This document shows, piece by piece, positions 45,542-54,305 of a stretch of DNA of 54,305 nucleotides (position 1 is its first letter; each line of letters starts with the position of its first letter). Both the position numbers and the translations under genes were made by a program. A model generated the notes under the pieces. It saw nothing but the letters and a program-made list of their open reading frames with translations. It searched no databases and was not told the origin of the DNA. This DNA comes from Vulcanimicrobiota bacterium (GTDB taxonomy: Bacteria > Vulcanimicrobiota > Vulcanimicrobiia > Eremiobacterales > Eremiobacteraceae). The stretch lies in assembly GCA_019237415.1 (NCBI GenBank), contig JAFAHD010000007.1, positions 1 through 54,305 of the forward strand. Direction: 5' to 3'.

Positions 45542-46027
45542 ATGACACATTCCAAACTCATCGCGGCCGGGCTGCTCGGCGCCTTTTTGCTCGCCACGAC
45601 GCCCGCGCCCAGAGCGCTCGCGGACGGCGCCGCCAGCACGCGCAACATCTTGCTGGGCGTCGGCGCAGCGGCTGCGACGCTTATCATCATCAACCACAAC
45701 AAGAAGGTCCACGAGAAGTACGCCGAGGACGCCCAGAAGCAGGCCGCCCTCGCGGAGCAGCGTGACGACGCGCAAGCCGCAGCTGCCCAATACAAGAAAG
45801 CCTATCAGGAGCAGCTCGCGACCTCGAACGAGCTCAAGAAAGAAGTCGCAGTCCAACAACAGCAGATCAACGGACTGAAACAGGAAGTGGCGGCGATCAG
45901 CCCGCCGGGTTCGTCCTTCGTGGCTGCCAAGCCGGCGGTGGCCGTCACGCAGCGGTCGACATCGTCGCATACGGTCACCGCGGTGGTGCCGACGCAGGTC
46001 GTCTCGTACGGGTGGGGCACGTTTTGA
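45542..46027 (+). CDS. secreted coiled-coil protein, unknown function
   Basis: The signal peptide is MTHSKLIAAGLLGAFLLATTPAPRALA. A Gln/Ala/Lys-rich heptad region follows (AQKQAALAEQRDDAQAAAAQYKKAYQEQL...QQQQINGLKQE). Confidence 0.5.
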   Translation: MTHSKLIAAGLLGAFLLATTPAPRALADGAASTRNILLGVGAAAATLIIINHNKKVHEKYAEDAQKQAALAEQRDDAQAAAAQYKKAYQEQLATSNELKKEVAVQQQQINGLKQEVAAISPPGSSFVAAKPAVAVTQRSTSSHTVTAVVPTQVVSYGWGTF

Positions 46028-46401
46028 AGACGTATAGCCGGCTGGCCGTCGCGGTCGCGCTTGCCGCAGCCCTCGCGGGCTGCGCGCAGATGCGCCCCAA
46101 CGATCCGCAATCCGTCGCGAGCAGCGTCGCGCAATCGCTGTACAACAACGACTACAACGGCACGATCGCCAATTTCGACGACACGCTCAAGTCTCAAGCG
46201 ACCAGAACCCAAGTCGCGATGGTCTCCGACAAGATGCACGCGCTCGGCGACTATCAGGGCCTGACGCTGACCAAGAGCGATGACGACACGCGGCGCTACT
46301 GGTTCGACGCCAAGTTCAGCAACGGTGACATGACCGTCGAGCTGCGCTTGCACGCAAACGGCCAGGTTGCGGCGTACCGTCTCCTGCCGAAGACGTCCTG
46401 A
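46012..46401 (+). CDS. small lipoprotein, unknown function
   Basis: The lipobox is LAVAVALAAALAGC. The start is GTG 46012 or TTG 46024, overlapping the upstream stop. There is no recognisable catalytic motif. Confidence 0.55.
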   Translation: MGHVLKTYSRLAVAVALAAALAGCAQMRPNDPQSVASSVAQSLYNNDYNGTIANFDDTLKSQATRTQVAMVSDKMHALGDYQGLTLTKSDDDTRRYWFDAKFSNGDMTVELRLHANGQVAAYRLLPKTS

Positions 46402-46402
46402 C

Positions 46403-47212
46403 CTAGAACGCGGGTCCGCGCGCTTCGCGCGCGGACCACGCGAACGTCCACGCGAACACGATCAACAGCGCGGCGACGAGCAGGCCGCTCACCGCGATGT
46501 CAGGGATCGGCGAAGTCCACCCCAGCAACTGCGCGAGCTCATAGCCGCCGACGGCGATCGCCAGTCCCGTAACTGCGTAGATCCATATCCGCGTCGCGCG
46601 TACCAGCTCGAGCGGACTCCGCGTGCACAGGCGGTGCACGAGCAGGCTGTCGAGCGTGTCGGTGACCGTCATCCCGAGTGAGAACGACAGCCCGATGAGC
46701 GCGCCGAGTGCGATGCCGCTGCCGGCTGTGAGCGCCAGCGCATACGTCGCGACTTGGCTGCTCGTGTCGAAGCCGAGGCCGAACAGCAACCCTATCGGAA
46801 TGGCGGCCAGCGGACTGGTGGCCGCGCGCAGCGAGCGCGGCAGCAGCGCGGTCTTAAATCCCGCGGCGGTCGCAGTCCGGTTCAGCGCCAGTTGACGGAT
46901 GTTGAGGGCCGCGATCGCGAACAGCGTCACGATACTCACCCACGTGCCGATCGTCTCGAGCAGCTGTCCGTGCAACGCGAGACGAGTGCCGAGCAGACCG
47001 GCGAGCGCCGCGATCGACAGCACCATGATGGAGTGGCCGCCGGCGAAGAGCGTGCCGACGAACCGGCTCAGCCGTTCTTTGGCTCCCAAGCTGTTGCGCG
47101 TGAGATTGTCGATCGCCGCCAGATGATCGGGATCCGCGCCATGGCGAAGGCCGAGCACGAACACCGTGAACGCGATGACACCCACCGACAGCGGCGCGCC
47201 GTGCGCGATCAT
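46403..47212 (-). CDS. NiCoT/NicO-family nickel/cobalt transporter (HoxN/NixA-like)
   Basis: GLRHGADPDHLAAIDN is the H-x4-D-H NiCoT signature in TM2. The protein is polytopic, and its start overlaps the upstream stop (47209-47212). Confidence 0.85.
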   Translation of the reverse strand: MIAHGAPLSVGVIAFTVFVLGLRHGADPDHLAAIDNLTRNSLGAKERLSRFVGTLFAGGHSIMVLSIAALAGLLGTRLALHGQLLETIGTWVSIVTLFAIAALNIRQLALNRTATAAGFKTALLPRSLRAATSPLAAIPIGLLFGLGFDTSSQVATYALALTAGSGIALGALIGLSFSLGMTVTDTLDSLLVHRLCTRSPLELVRATRIWIYAVTGLAIAVGGYELAQLLGWTSPIPDIAVSGLLVAALLIVFAWTFAWSAREARGPAF

Positions 47213-48789
47213 GACACTCCTCTATCCAACAGCGGTGCATGCCGGTGGGCATGCGTATGACCTGGGGCGCTCGCATAACCGGCAATGGCAGCGAGCGCCA
47301 GCGCGGTGACCGCGAACGACGGCATGTGCAACATCGAGGCGCTCGCTCCCTGGCCGATCATCGCCGCGCCGACGCACGCGATGACCGCGGCTGAGACAAG
47401 CGGGCCGTACCGCACGACGGCGGCGAAACGCGGGCGGTCTGAAAGCCAAGCCGCGCCGCGGACCAGCGCGACCCCGAGGCCGGTGAGCACCGCAGCGAGC
47501 CCGACGCTGAACGCCACGATGACGAGCAACCCGTAGCCGACCCGATGGAGCGTGAGCGCGGTGAGCAGCACGACGAGCGCCGCCGGACAGGGCGCGATGT
47601 TGCCGCTCATGGCGATCAGCAGCACGCTGCGAAACGTCAGCGGCGCGGTCCCCGGAGGGACATGTGTGTGACCTTCCGAGCCATGCGCGTGCGCGTGCGT
47701 GCCCGCGTCGTCATCGCTGTCGTGCGCGTGATGGTGGCCGTGCGCGTGTCCTTCACCCCGCCGCGCGCGCATGTAGCGCGCGAGCGCGCTTGCGCCCAAC
47801 GCTGCGACCATAAGACCAGACGCAAGCGTGATCCACGGATACACGTGTTCCGGCACGATCCATTGCGCGGCACCGAGCAGAAGCAAACCCAGTGCGAGCA
47901 CGCCCGCAGTGTGCGCAAAGGTCAGGCCGGTGGCGAGGATGAGCGCTTGGGTCGCGGTTGCGCGCGCGCCCACCAACGAGACTGCGAGCAGCGTCTTGCC
48001 ATGGCCCGGCTCGAGCGCATGCAGCGCGCCGAGTCCGGCTGCCATGCACAGGGTGAGCAGGACGACCCACGGATCGGCCGCGCCTTTCGCGAGCATGTCG
48101 GCCAACGTGTTCGAGCGCAGCTGCGACGAACTGCCCGCCGGCGCTTCGTCGGAACCTTCGAGCGCGACGCGCGAAAGCGTTCGACCGCGCGCGTCGAGCG
48201 TGAGAAGCACGCCCGCGATGTGGCGGGGCGACCCGAGGACCGCGCTCGGGTAGCTGCGCAGCTCGTTGGTCGGCTCGCGTTCGGGCGCGACGACGACGTC
48301 TCGCCAGCCGATCTTCTCGGGATAGACGGCGTCGCGGATTTCGATGCGGCGCGGCGAGGCCGCGGCCGGCAGCGCGGCGCGAAACTCATCGACCCAGTAC
48401 AGCGTGGGCAGCCCACCTGCGCCCGGCCGCGTGCTCGCGCGCGCCACGCCAGGCACGAGCCGCAGCGGCGCGCCGTTCGCGCTCACGTGCAGCCCGCCCG
48501 CGACCACGCCGGCTTCATCGCGCGCCCAACGCTCGAGATCGGCGTCGCGCTGCGCACCTTGGATGCCGCGTTCGCGCATGATCTGGAACGTCGGAATCTC
48601 GGCGATGTCGAGGACGTACTTCATGACGATCGAGCGCGCGTTCACGTTTGCCTTCGTCAGATGATTGATGGTGAAGTTGCCCAACGGATGCGCGCTTGCC
48701 GGCGCCGCGCACGCACCAATGAGGCCGAGCGCGAAGAGCGTAGAGCGCAAGCGCAGCCGCCATGGCGGCCGTTTGGGGTCAATCGCCAT
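47209..48789 (-). CDS. RcnA/NicO-like nickel/cobalt transporter fused to an about 230-aa N-terminal periplasmic domain
   Basis: There is a signal peptide, then AHPLGNFTINHL... in the periplasmic domain. The membrane part has LHALEPGHGKT and the His-rich loop GHAHGHHHAHDSDDDAGTHAHAHGSEGHTH. Confidence 0.8.
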   Translation of the reverse strand: MAIDPKRPPWRLRLRSTLFALGLIGACAAPASAHPLGNFTINHLTKANVNARSIVMKYVLDIAEIPTFQIMRERGIQGAQRDADLERWARDEAGVVAGGLHVSANGAPLRLVPGVARASTRPGAGGLPTLYWVDEFRAALPAAASPRRIEIRDAVYPEKIGWRDVVVAPEREPTNELRSYPSAVLGSPRHIAGVLLTLDARGRTLSRVALEGSDEAPAGSSSQLRSNTLADMLAKGAADPWVVLLTLCMAAGLGALHALEPGHGKTLLAVSLVGARATATQALILATGLTFAHTAGVLALGLLLLGAAQWIVPEHVYPWITLASGLMVAALGASALARYMRARRGEGHAHGHHHAHDSDDDAGTHAHAHGSEGHTHVPPGTAPLTFRSVLLIAMSGNIAPCPAALVVLLTALTLHRVGYGLLVIVAFSVGLAAVLTGLGVALVRGAAWLSDRPRFAAVVRYGPLVSAAVIACVGAAMIGQGASASMLHMPSFAVTALALAAIAGYASAPGHTHAHRHAPLLDRGVS

Positions 48790-48819
48790 TTGAAGCCAGA
48801 ACGAGTCAGCGCCGGCTTC

Positions 48820-48843
48820 GGATGATTAACGATTGATCATACA
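48820..48843. promoter_or_regulatory. AT-rich imperfect palindrome (GGATGATTAA-CGA-TTGATCATAC) in the divergent promoter region; candidate metalloregulator operator
   Basis: 8 of 10 positions are complementary between the arms. This is the only AT-rich patch in the 116-nt intergenic region between the transporter operon and the DUF4331 genes. Confidence 0.25.
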
Positions 48844-48908
48844 TCCGAATCGCTCCCTCGCCCGTTCATGCGGCAAAGGCACTCGAGCTGCATGAATGGA
48901 GGCCCTTG

Positions 48909-49721
48909 ATGAATTCTCGAATGCTAACGGTCGCGGGTGCCGTCGCGATCGCCGCACTGGCCGGCGCCGTCGTCTTGTACGTCGCTCACCCGGTACGCGG
49001 CTCCGACCACCAAGACTCCCCGACGGTCGTCAACCGCCCCGCAGCGGATATCACCGACGTCTTCGTGTATCAGGCGCCCGACAACTCGAGCAACGTCGTG
49101 CTGCAGATGGATGTGTGGCCGCTCATCACGCACGGCATGTTGTCGATGACCGCGCTCGATCCGTCGGTCATGTATCAATTCAAGATCGATAACACCGGCG
49201 ATGGAATTGAAGACCTCGTCGTCCAGCTGCAAGCGACGTCGAGCGGCGTCGGACAGTCGATCAACGTCTACGGACCGGCCAAACCGGCGCTGACGGGCAC
49301 GAACTCGGTCTTCATCGCGCAGACGGGCAGCGTGCCGTTCAATCAGGCGGCAGCAAGCGTCACGCCGTTCGCCAACGGCATGAAAGTGTTCGTCGGCCCG
49401 ACCAAGGACCCGTTCTTCTTCGACCTGCTGCAGTTCTTCAACATCATCCCCGACCGCTATTACGGATGCCATGGTTTCCCGAACGCGTTCAACGTGCCGT
49501 GCGGCGGCGCCACCGCGGGCAGCTTCAACGGCTTCACCAACGCGTTCAACACGCTGCACGGCACGAGCTGCATCGTCGCGACTCCATCGTCGGACGCGCT
49601 GTCATCGCATCAGTTCAACGTCATCGCGATCGTCGTCGAGATGCCCAAGGCCTTGCTGCTCAACGCCGCGCATCCCGTCATCGGCGTGTGGGCGACGACC
49701 AGCACCATTTCCGGATCATAG
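48909..49721 (+). CDS. DUF4331-family secreted protein (corresponds to the N-terminal half of typical family members)
   Basis: GGAGG lies 6 nt before ATG 48909. A signal/TM segment is followed by GSDHQDSPTVVNRPAADITDVFVY...YQFKIDNTGDGIEDL...GPTKDPFFFDL. I recall these as the SSHREAP...D.TD.Y.F...D.dGDg...DpFF.DL blocks of DUF4331. Confidence 0.7.
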   Translation: MNSRMLTVAGAVAIAALAGAVVLYVAHPVRGSDHQDSPTVVNRPAADITDVFVYQAPDNSSNVVLQMDVWPLITHGMLSMTALDPSVMYQFKIDNTGDGIEDLVVQLQATSSGVGQSINVYGPAKPALTGTNSVFIAQTGSVPFNQAAASVTPFANGMKVFVGPTKDPFFFDLLQFFNIIPDRYYGCHGFPNAFNVPCGGATAGSFNGFTNAFNTLHGTSCIVATPSSDALSSHQFNVIAIVVEMPKALLLNAAHPVIGVWATTSTISGS

Positions 49722-49735
49722 GAGGAACAGCGATC

Positions 49736-50341
49736 ATGCGTATCACTTCCGCCGCCATCCTCACGGTCGCCCTCGCGGCCCTGGCCGGTTGCAGCAGCGG
49801 CACCACGTCGACCGTCAACGGGCAATCGCAATACCAACAGATCGAGCGTCTTTCGCGCCCCGCGATCAAAGAGGCCTTCGAGAGCTTCGCCAATCACGAC
49901 ACGACGAATCGCAGCGCGCCGACGAACGACTCACAGCTGCAGACGTCGATCCAGACGTTCTTGGGGCCGCCGCCCAACGGCGTCGCCAACCGCAGCGCAG
50001 CGACGACGAACTTCATCGTCGGCGTGCTCATCCCGGACGAGATGCAAGCCGACCTGAGCGTCAACGTCGCCGGGTGCAGCACGGCGAACACGCCGTGCGC
50101 GGCATACCTCGGCCATGAGACGGGCGGCGCGACCGGCACGACGTTCGGCGGACGGTGGCTCAACGACGACACGATCAAGACGTCGCTGGGCATCATCTTC
50201 GGCAATACGGTCTCTGCGCTCGGCGGCGCGCCGGACGATCACGCAGAGTCGTGGTGCCTCACGGACGACAACCTCTCCAACGGCGAGGGCGCGTTCCAGA
50301 CCTACAGCGCGACCTTCCCGTACGTCAACGCGCCCTACTAA
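49736..50341 (+). CDS. lipoprotein resembling the C-terminal half of DUF4331 proteins
   Basis: AGGAGG precedes ATG 49736. The lipobox is LAALAGC. ERLSRPAIKEAF..NRSAPTNDS and GGRWLNDDTIKTSL resemble the distal DUF4331 blocks. Confidence 0.55.
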   Translation: MRITSAAILTVALAALAGCSSGTTSTVNGQSQYQQIERLSRPAIKEAFESFANHDTTNRSAPTNDSQLQTSIQTFLGPPPNGVANRSAATTNFIVGVLIPDEMQADLSVNVAGCSTANTPCAAYLGHETGGATGTTFGGRWLNDDTIKTSLGIIFGNTVSALGGAPDDHAESWCLTDDNLSNGEGAFQTYSATFPYVNAPY

Positions 50342-50356
50342 GAAGGAAGAGATCCG

Positions 50357-51679
50357 CTGAACGCGCGGACGGTCCTCGGCATCGCGGCGTGCGCCCTCGT
50401 GGCGCTCGCCGCATGGCCATTCCTGCGGGCGGGCGCCATCTCGCGTGCGGCGGCAGCTGCGCCGACGCCGGCGCCCGTCGTGGCGGATTACCGCTACCGC
50501 AACGGCATGATCGGGGATCTTGAACGGCTTGCCGCTCGCCATCCGGATCAGCTTGACGAGCACATGCTCGCGGTGCAGTACCTGCAGCGCTATCGCGAAG
50601 CGCCGGACACGGGCGATCTGTTGCGCGCCGTCGCCGCCGCGAAGCGTTCGTTGCGCTACCAGCCGCGCTACAACGTTGGCGCCGAGACGGCGCTGGTCGG
50701 CGCGTACACCGCGCTGCATCAGTTCCGAATGGCCCAACATTATGCAGTGGAGGTCGCCCATTGGATGCCGTGGGATCCTGGCGCGACCGGCACGCTCGCT
50801 TCGTTGGACATGGAGCTCGGTCAGTACGATGCCGCCGGGAAGCTGCTGAGAACCCCGTTCGCTGGGCGCACTGGTGCATCATGGGATACGGTGAAGGCCC
50901 GCTACGAAGAGCTGACTGGAGACCTCGCCGGCGCGCGCGCACACATCGACCGCGCACTCTTGGATATCGATTCGCGCGTCAACGAACCGGCGGAGATCCG
51001 CGCTTGGTATCATTGGCGCGCGGGCGAGCTCGCATTTGCGGCCGGCGACTTGGCGGGCGCGCATTCCGCGTATGAGGCGGCGCTGGACATCTTCCCAGGA
51101 TACTGGCACGCGAACAACGGTCTCGCTCGGCTCTACTGGTCGCAGCGCCGATGGTCTGATGCACTGGACGCTGCAGACAAGTCCGCCGATGTTTATCCGT
51201 TACCCGAAACGCTCGGATACAAGGCGGACGCGCAGCGAGCGCTCGGCGATGTCGCAGGCGCGCAGGCCACCCAGGACCTTATTTCAGTCATCGAGCGGCT
51301 CGGCAACTTGCAGGGCATCAACGACCGGCTTATCGCGTCATACGACAGCGAGCATGGGATCGAGCTCGATCACGCGGTAGCGGTCGCGCGCCGCGATCTG
51401 TTGGTGCGCGACGACATCTTCGCTGAAGACACGCTCGCCTGGGCGCTCGCGATGGATGGACGTTGGCGCGAAGCGCTGCCGCATGCGCGCAACGCTGCAT
51501 CGCTGGGAACGCAAGACGCCCGTCTGCTGTTCCATACCGGCCTGATCGAGTTGCGCAACGGTTTTTCCGATGACGCACGGCGACACCTCGCGCAGGCGCT
51601 CGCGCTCAATCCGTCATTCCATCCCGTCTACGCAGGAGAAGCGCGCGAGGCGCTTGCGCGTCTTACGGCGTCACCGTGA
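50357..51679 (+). CDS. TPR-repeat protein with N-terminal signal/TM segment; start inferred at CTG
   Basis: The track start is GTG 50399, in the middle of a hydrophobic segment. In frame upstream, LNARTVLGIAACALVALAAWPFL completes a signal/TM helix, and AAGAAGGAAGAG lies 5-6 nt before CTG 50357. Multiple TPR-like repeats follow. Confidence 0.65.
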   Translation: MNARTVLGIAACALVALAAWPFLRAGAISRAAAAAPTPAPVVADYRYRNGMIGDLERLAARHPDQLDEHMLAVQYLQRYREAPDTGDLLRAVAAAKRSLRYQPRYNVGAETALVGAYTALHQFRMAQHYAVEVAHWMPWDPGATGTLASLDMELGQYDAAGKLLRTPFAGRTGASWDTVKARYEELTGDLAGARAHIDRALLDIDSRVNEPAEIRAWYHWRAGELAFAAGDLAGAHSAYEAALDIFPGYWHANNGLARLYWSQRRWSDALDAADKSADVYPLPETLGYKADAQRALGDVAGAQATQDLISVIERLGNLQGINDRLIASYDSEHGIELDHAVAVARRDLLVRDDIFAEDTLAWALAMDGRWREALPHARNAASLGTQDARLLFHTGLIELRNGFSDDARRHLAQALALNPSFHPVYAGEAREALARLTASP

Positions 51680-52681
51680 CATCGCGAACCGATCGACCTC
51701 AGCCAGCCAACCCTTCTTCTGCTCCTCGCTCGCAAACGACGCTCTGAAACCGTTGCGCGCGAGATTCACGAGCTCGATCTCCGGAAATCCCTGATCTGCC
51801 AACGCAGCGTATTCATCGACCAGTGATGCACCAAAAAAGGCCGGATCGTCTGAGCTGAGCGTCACGAGCAGCCCCTCGCTCAAGAACTCGTACAGCGGAT
51901 GCGCATCGATGCGGCGCACCGCACCGGTGACCACGTTGCTCGTCGGACACGCGTCGATCGCGACCGCGTTGGTGCGCACGATCTCCATGACGCGGCGATC
52001 GCCGCGAGCGCTCACGCCGTGGCCGATCCGCTCGGCATGGAGCAGCTCGATGCCGTCTTCGATGCTGTGCGCGCCGGCGGCTTCGCCGGCGTGTACCGTG
52101 CGCCGGAGTCCCAGCGCCTCGGCCCGTTCGAAGACGGCGCGAAAATCCCGGGCCGGAAAATTGCGCTCGTCGCCGCCAAGCCCGATGCCGACGACGCGAT
52201 AGCCGCGGCAGCGCTGCGCAAGATCGAGGTCTGCAATCGCTTCGGCCTCTCCCAGATTGCGCACCATGTCGAACAGCAGGAGCGAGGTCGTGCCGAAGTG
52301 GCGCTCGGCGCGCGCACAAGCTTCGGCGACGGCGCGAACGAGATGTTCGAGGTCGAGCTCGGGCACCAACTTTCGCTGTGTCGCCGGTGACAGGAAGAAC
52401 TCGACGTGCCGCACGCCGTCGTAGGCGGAGGCCTTGAGATAATCATAGGCGAGCTCCGCGAAGTCGATCGGCTGGCGCAGGACGCGCACCACCTTGAGAA
52501 ACGAGCGCAGGAACGATTCAAAATCCGAGCACGCAAACAGCGCGGCCGGATCGGCGGCGGGCTCGAGGCCGTTGCGCCGGCTGATGCGCGCATACGCTTG
52601 CGGCGTGATGGTGCCTTCGAGATGGACGTGGAGCTCGGGTTTGGGAAGCTGCTTGATCCAGTCGCGCGAGACGCGAGTCAT
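51671..52681 (-). CDS. add: adenosine deaminase
   Basis: LPKPELHVHLEGTI, TVHAGE, and the SDDPAFF C-terminal motif are present. Confidence 0.92.
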   Translation of the reverse strand: MTRVSRDWIKQLPKPELHVHLEGTITPQAYARISRRNGLEPAADPAALFACSDFESFLRSFLKVVRVLRQPIDFAELAYDYLKASAYDGVRHVEFFLSPATQRKLVPELDLEHLVRAVAEACARAERHFGTTSLLLFDMVRNLGEAEAIADLDLAQRCRGYRVVGIGLGGDERNFPARDFRAVFERAEALGLRRTVHAGEAAGAHSIEDGIELLHAERIGHGVSARGDRRVMEIVRTNAVAIDACPTSNVVTGAVRRIDAHPLYEFLSEGLLVTLSSDDPAFFGASLVDEYAALADQGFPEIELVNLARNGFRASFASEEQKKGWLAEVDRFAMSR

Positions 52682-53541
52682 CGCGCGCGGAACGCGCGCA
52701 AATACTCGAGCGTCTGGACGTCGACGCTGCCATCGTCGCGCACCCGGTCTTCAAGATTCTCGCGATGCATGAACGCGACGAACACCTCCCGGGCATGCGA
52801 GTCGAACGCCGACCCCCTGGGCAGCTCGCCGGCCTGGGCGAGCAACGCCGCTATTTCGGTGCCGACTCTGTCGTCGATCGGCACGACCTCGTGGGGTAGC
52901 GGTTTGAAGAAATAGAGCTTGTGCGACTCGAGGATGCGCGCGAGCTCCTCGATCGGGCGGGGATGGTCGTCGACGCGGATATCGACGTAGCGGTCGTTGA
53001 AGCCGCCGTAGCCGCCGCCCGGCTTGGCCACGTAGATGGCCGCGCTTTGTTGCCCGCGACGATCGCCGCCCGCCGCTTGTGCTGCTCGCAGCCCCGCAAG
53101 CAATCGGTCTGCGAGATGCCCTTTGGTCGCTTCAAAGGCATCGACCATCGACTCGACGACGGCGGCGCCTGCGAGAATGTTGCCCTGCGCCGCATAGTTG
53201 ATCCCGTGCGTCCCGCCGGCCCACTCTTTGCAATTCGCGCCAGTGTAGGTCGCCGAACGGCCGTGCGCATCGACGATGCCGATCTGCCGCTCTTGCGCGT
53301 GCTCGTCGTCAGCGACGAGTGCGTTGATGGCTTCTTGCGGCGTCGCGCCGCCATGCAACAGTTCGAGCCCGCGCGGGCCATACGACGTGTTGGCCCACGA
53401 CTGCGTCGCGATGGCGCCGATGCCGGCTTGGACCCATGGCACGACCGAACCGACGGAAAGAAATTTCGATTGGACGGCGACGCCAAGTTCTTTCGCCTTT
53501 GGATCCAACGCGACGATGGAGAAAGTCGCAGGCTTGAGCAT
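52678..53541 (-). CDS. DUF1028-family (Ntn-hydrolase fold) protein with C-terminal putative peptidoglycan-binding-like domain
   Basis: ATG at 53541 gives MLKPATFSIVALDPKAKELGVAVQSKFLSVGSVVPW, typical of the DUF1028 N-terminus. Its stop overlaps the add start. Confidence 0.75.
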   Translation of the reverse strand: MLKPATFSIVALDPKAKELGVAVQSKFLSVGSVVPWVQAGIGAIATQSWANTSYGPRGLELLHGGATPQEAINALVADDEHAQERQIGIVDAHGRSATYTGANCKEWAGGTHGINYAAQGNILAGAAVVESMVDAFEATKGHLADRLLAGLRAAQAAGGDRRGQQSAAIYVAKPGGGYGGFNDRYVDIRVDDHPRPIEELARILESHKLYFFKPLPHEVVPIDDRVGTEIAALLAQAGELPRGSAFDSHAREVFVAFMHRENLEDRVRDDGSVDVQTLEYLRAFRAR

Positions 53542-53583
53542 GCGGGGCAGGTACGCTCTGGGCACTCGACGTACCTAGGAGAC

Positions 53584-54265
<682 letters not shown>

Positions 54266-54305
54266 CATAACCCGAAGGTCGGTGGTTCAAATCCATCCCC
54301 CGCAA

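Noticed and set aside
47650-47760. His/Asp-rich coding tract (GHAHGHHHAHDSDDDAGTHAHAHGSEGHTH) considered as a repeat or low-complexity anomaly.
   Set aside because: His-rich cytoplasmic loops are a normal feature of RcnA/NicO-type Ni/Co transporters, so this is not an independent element.

Overview
GC-rich (by eye about two-thirds G+C), densely coding bacterial chromosomal window with about 58 protein genes, mostly in long co-directional minus-strand runs with frequent 1-11 nt start/stop overlaps. Much of it is housekeeping. This includes heme synthesis (hemY-hemH, hemE), the methyl and one-carbon cycle (ahcY-metK, cyclodeaminase-folD), an ECF sigma/anti-sigma/RseB-like trio and etfBA. It also includes ftsB-ppx, accAD, rsmE-prmA-dnaJ-hrcA with a CIRCE operator, dinG, tdh-kbl, add, and a YceI-family gene. 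The clearest non-ordinary content is two tRNA genes interrupted by IC3-type group I introns. tRNA-Leu(UAA) (23437-23738, minus) carries a 218-nt ORF-less intron. The initiator tRNA-fMet(CAU) (53583-54305, plus, ending exactly at the window edge) carries a 649-nt intron that encodes a PD-(D/E)XK-type homing-endonuclease-like ORF. Three accessory clusters do not match any characterised system I know. (i) A radical-SAM (MJ0619/Tes-like architecture) operon with small membrane proteins, an Lgt paralogue and a zinc-ribbon alpha/beta-fold pseudo-hydrolase (16479-20505). (ii) A DtxR-family regulator followed by a multicopper-oxidase::ZIP-permease fusion, a TlpA-like thioredoxin and an M48 peptidase (40312-45395). 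(iii) A pair of NicO-type Ni/Co transporters divergent from a split DUF4331 pair and a TPR protein (46403-51679). In addition, several genes have conserved N-terminal domains that extend upstream of any ATG/GTG/TTG and line up with Shine-Dalgarno-spaced ATC or CTG codons. This suggests non-canonical initiation. No CRISPR array, rRNA, transposase or prophage was seen. Family assignments come from reading motifs by eye and from memory of those families; no searches were run.
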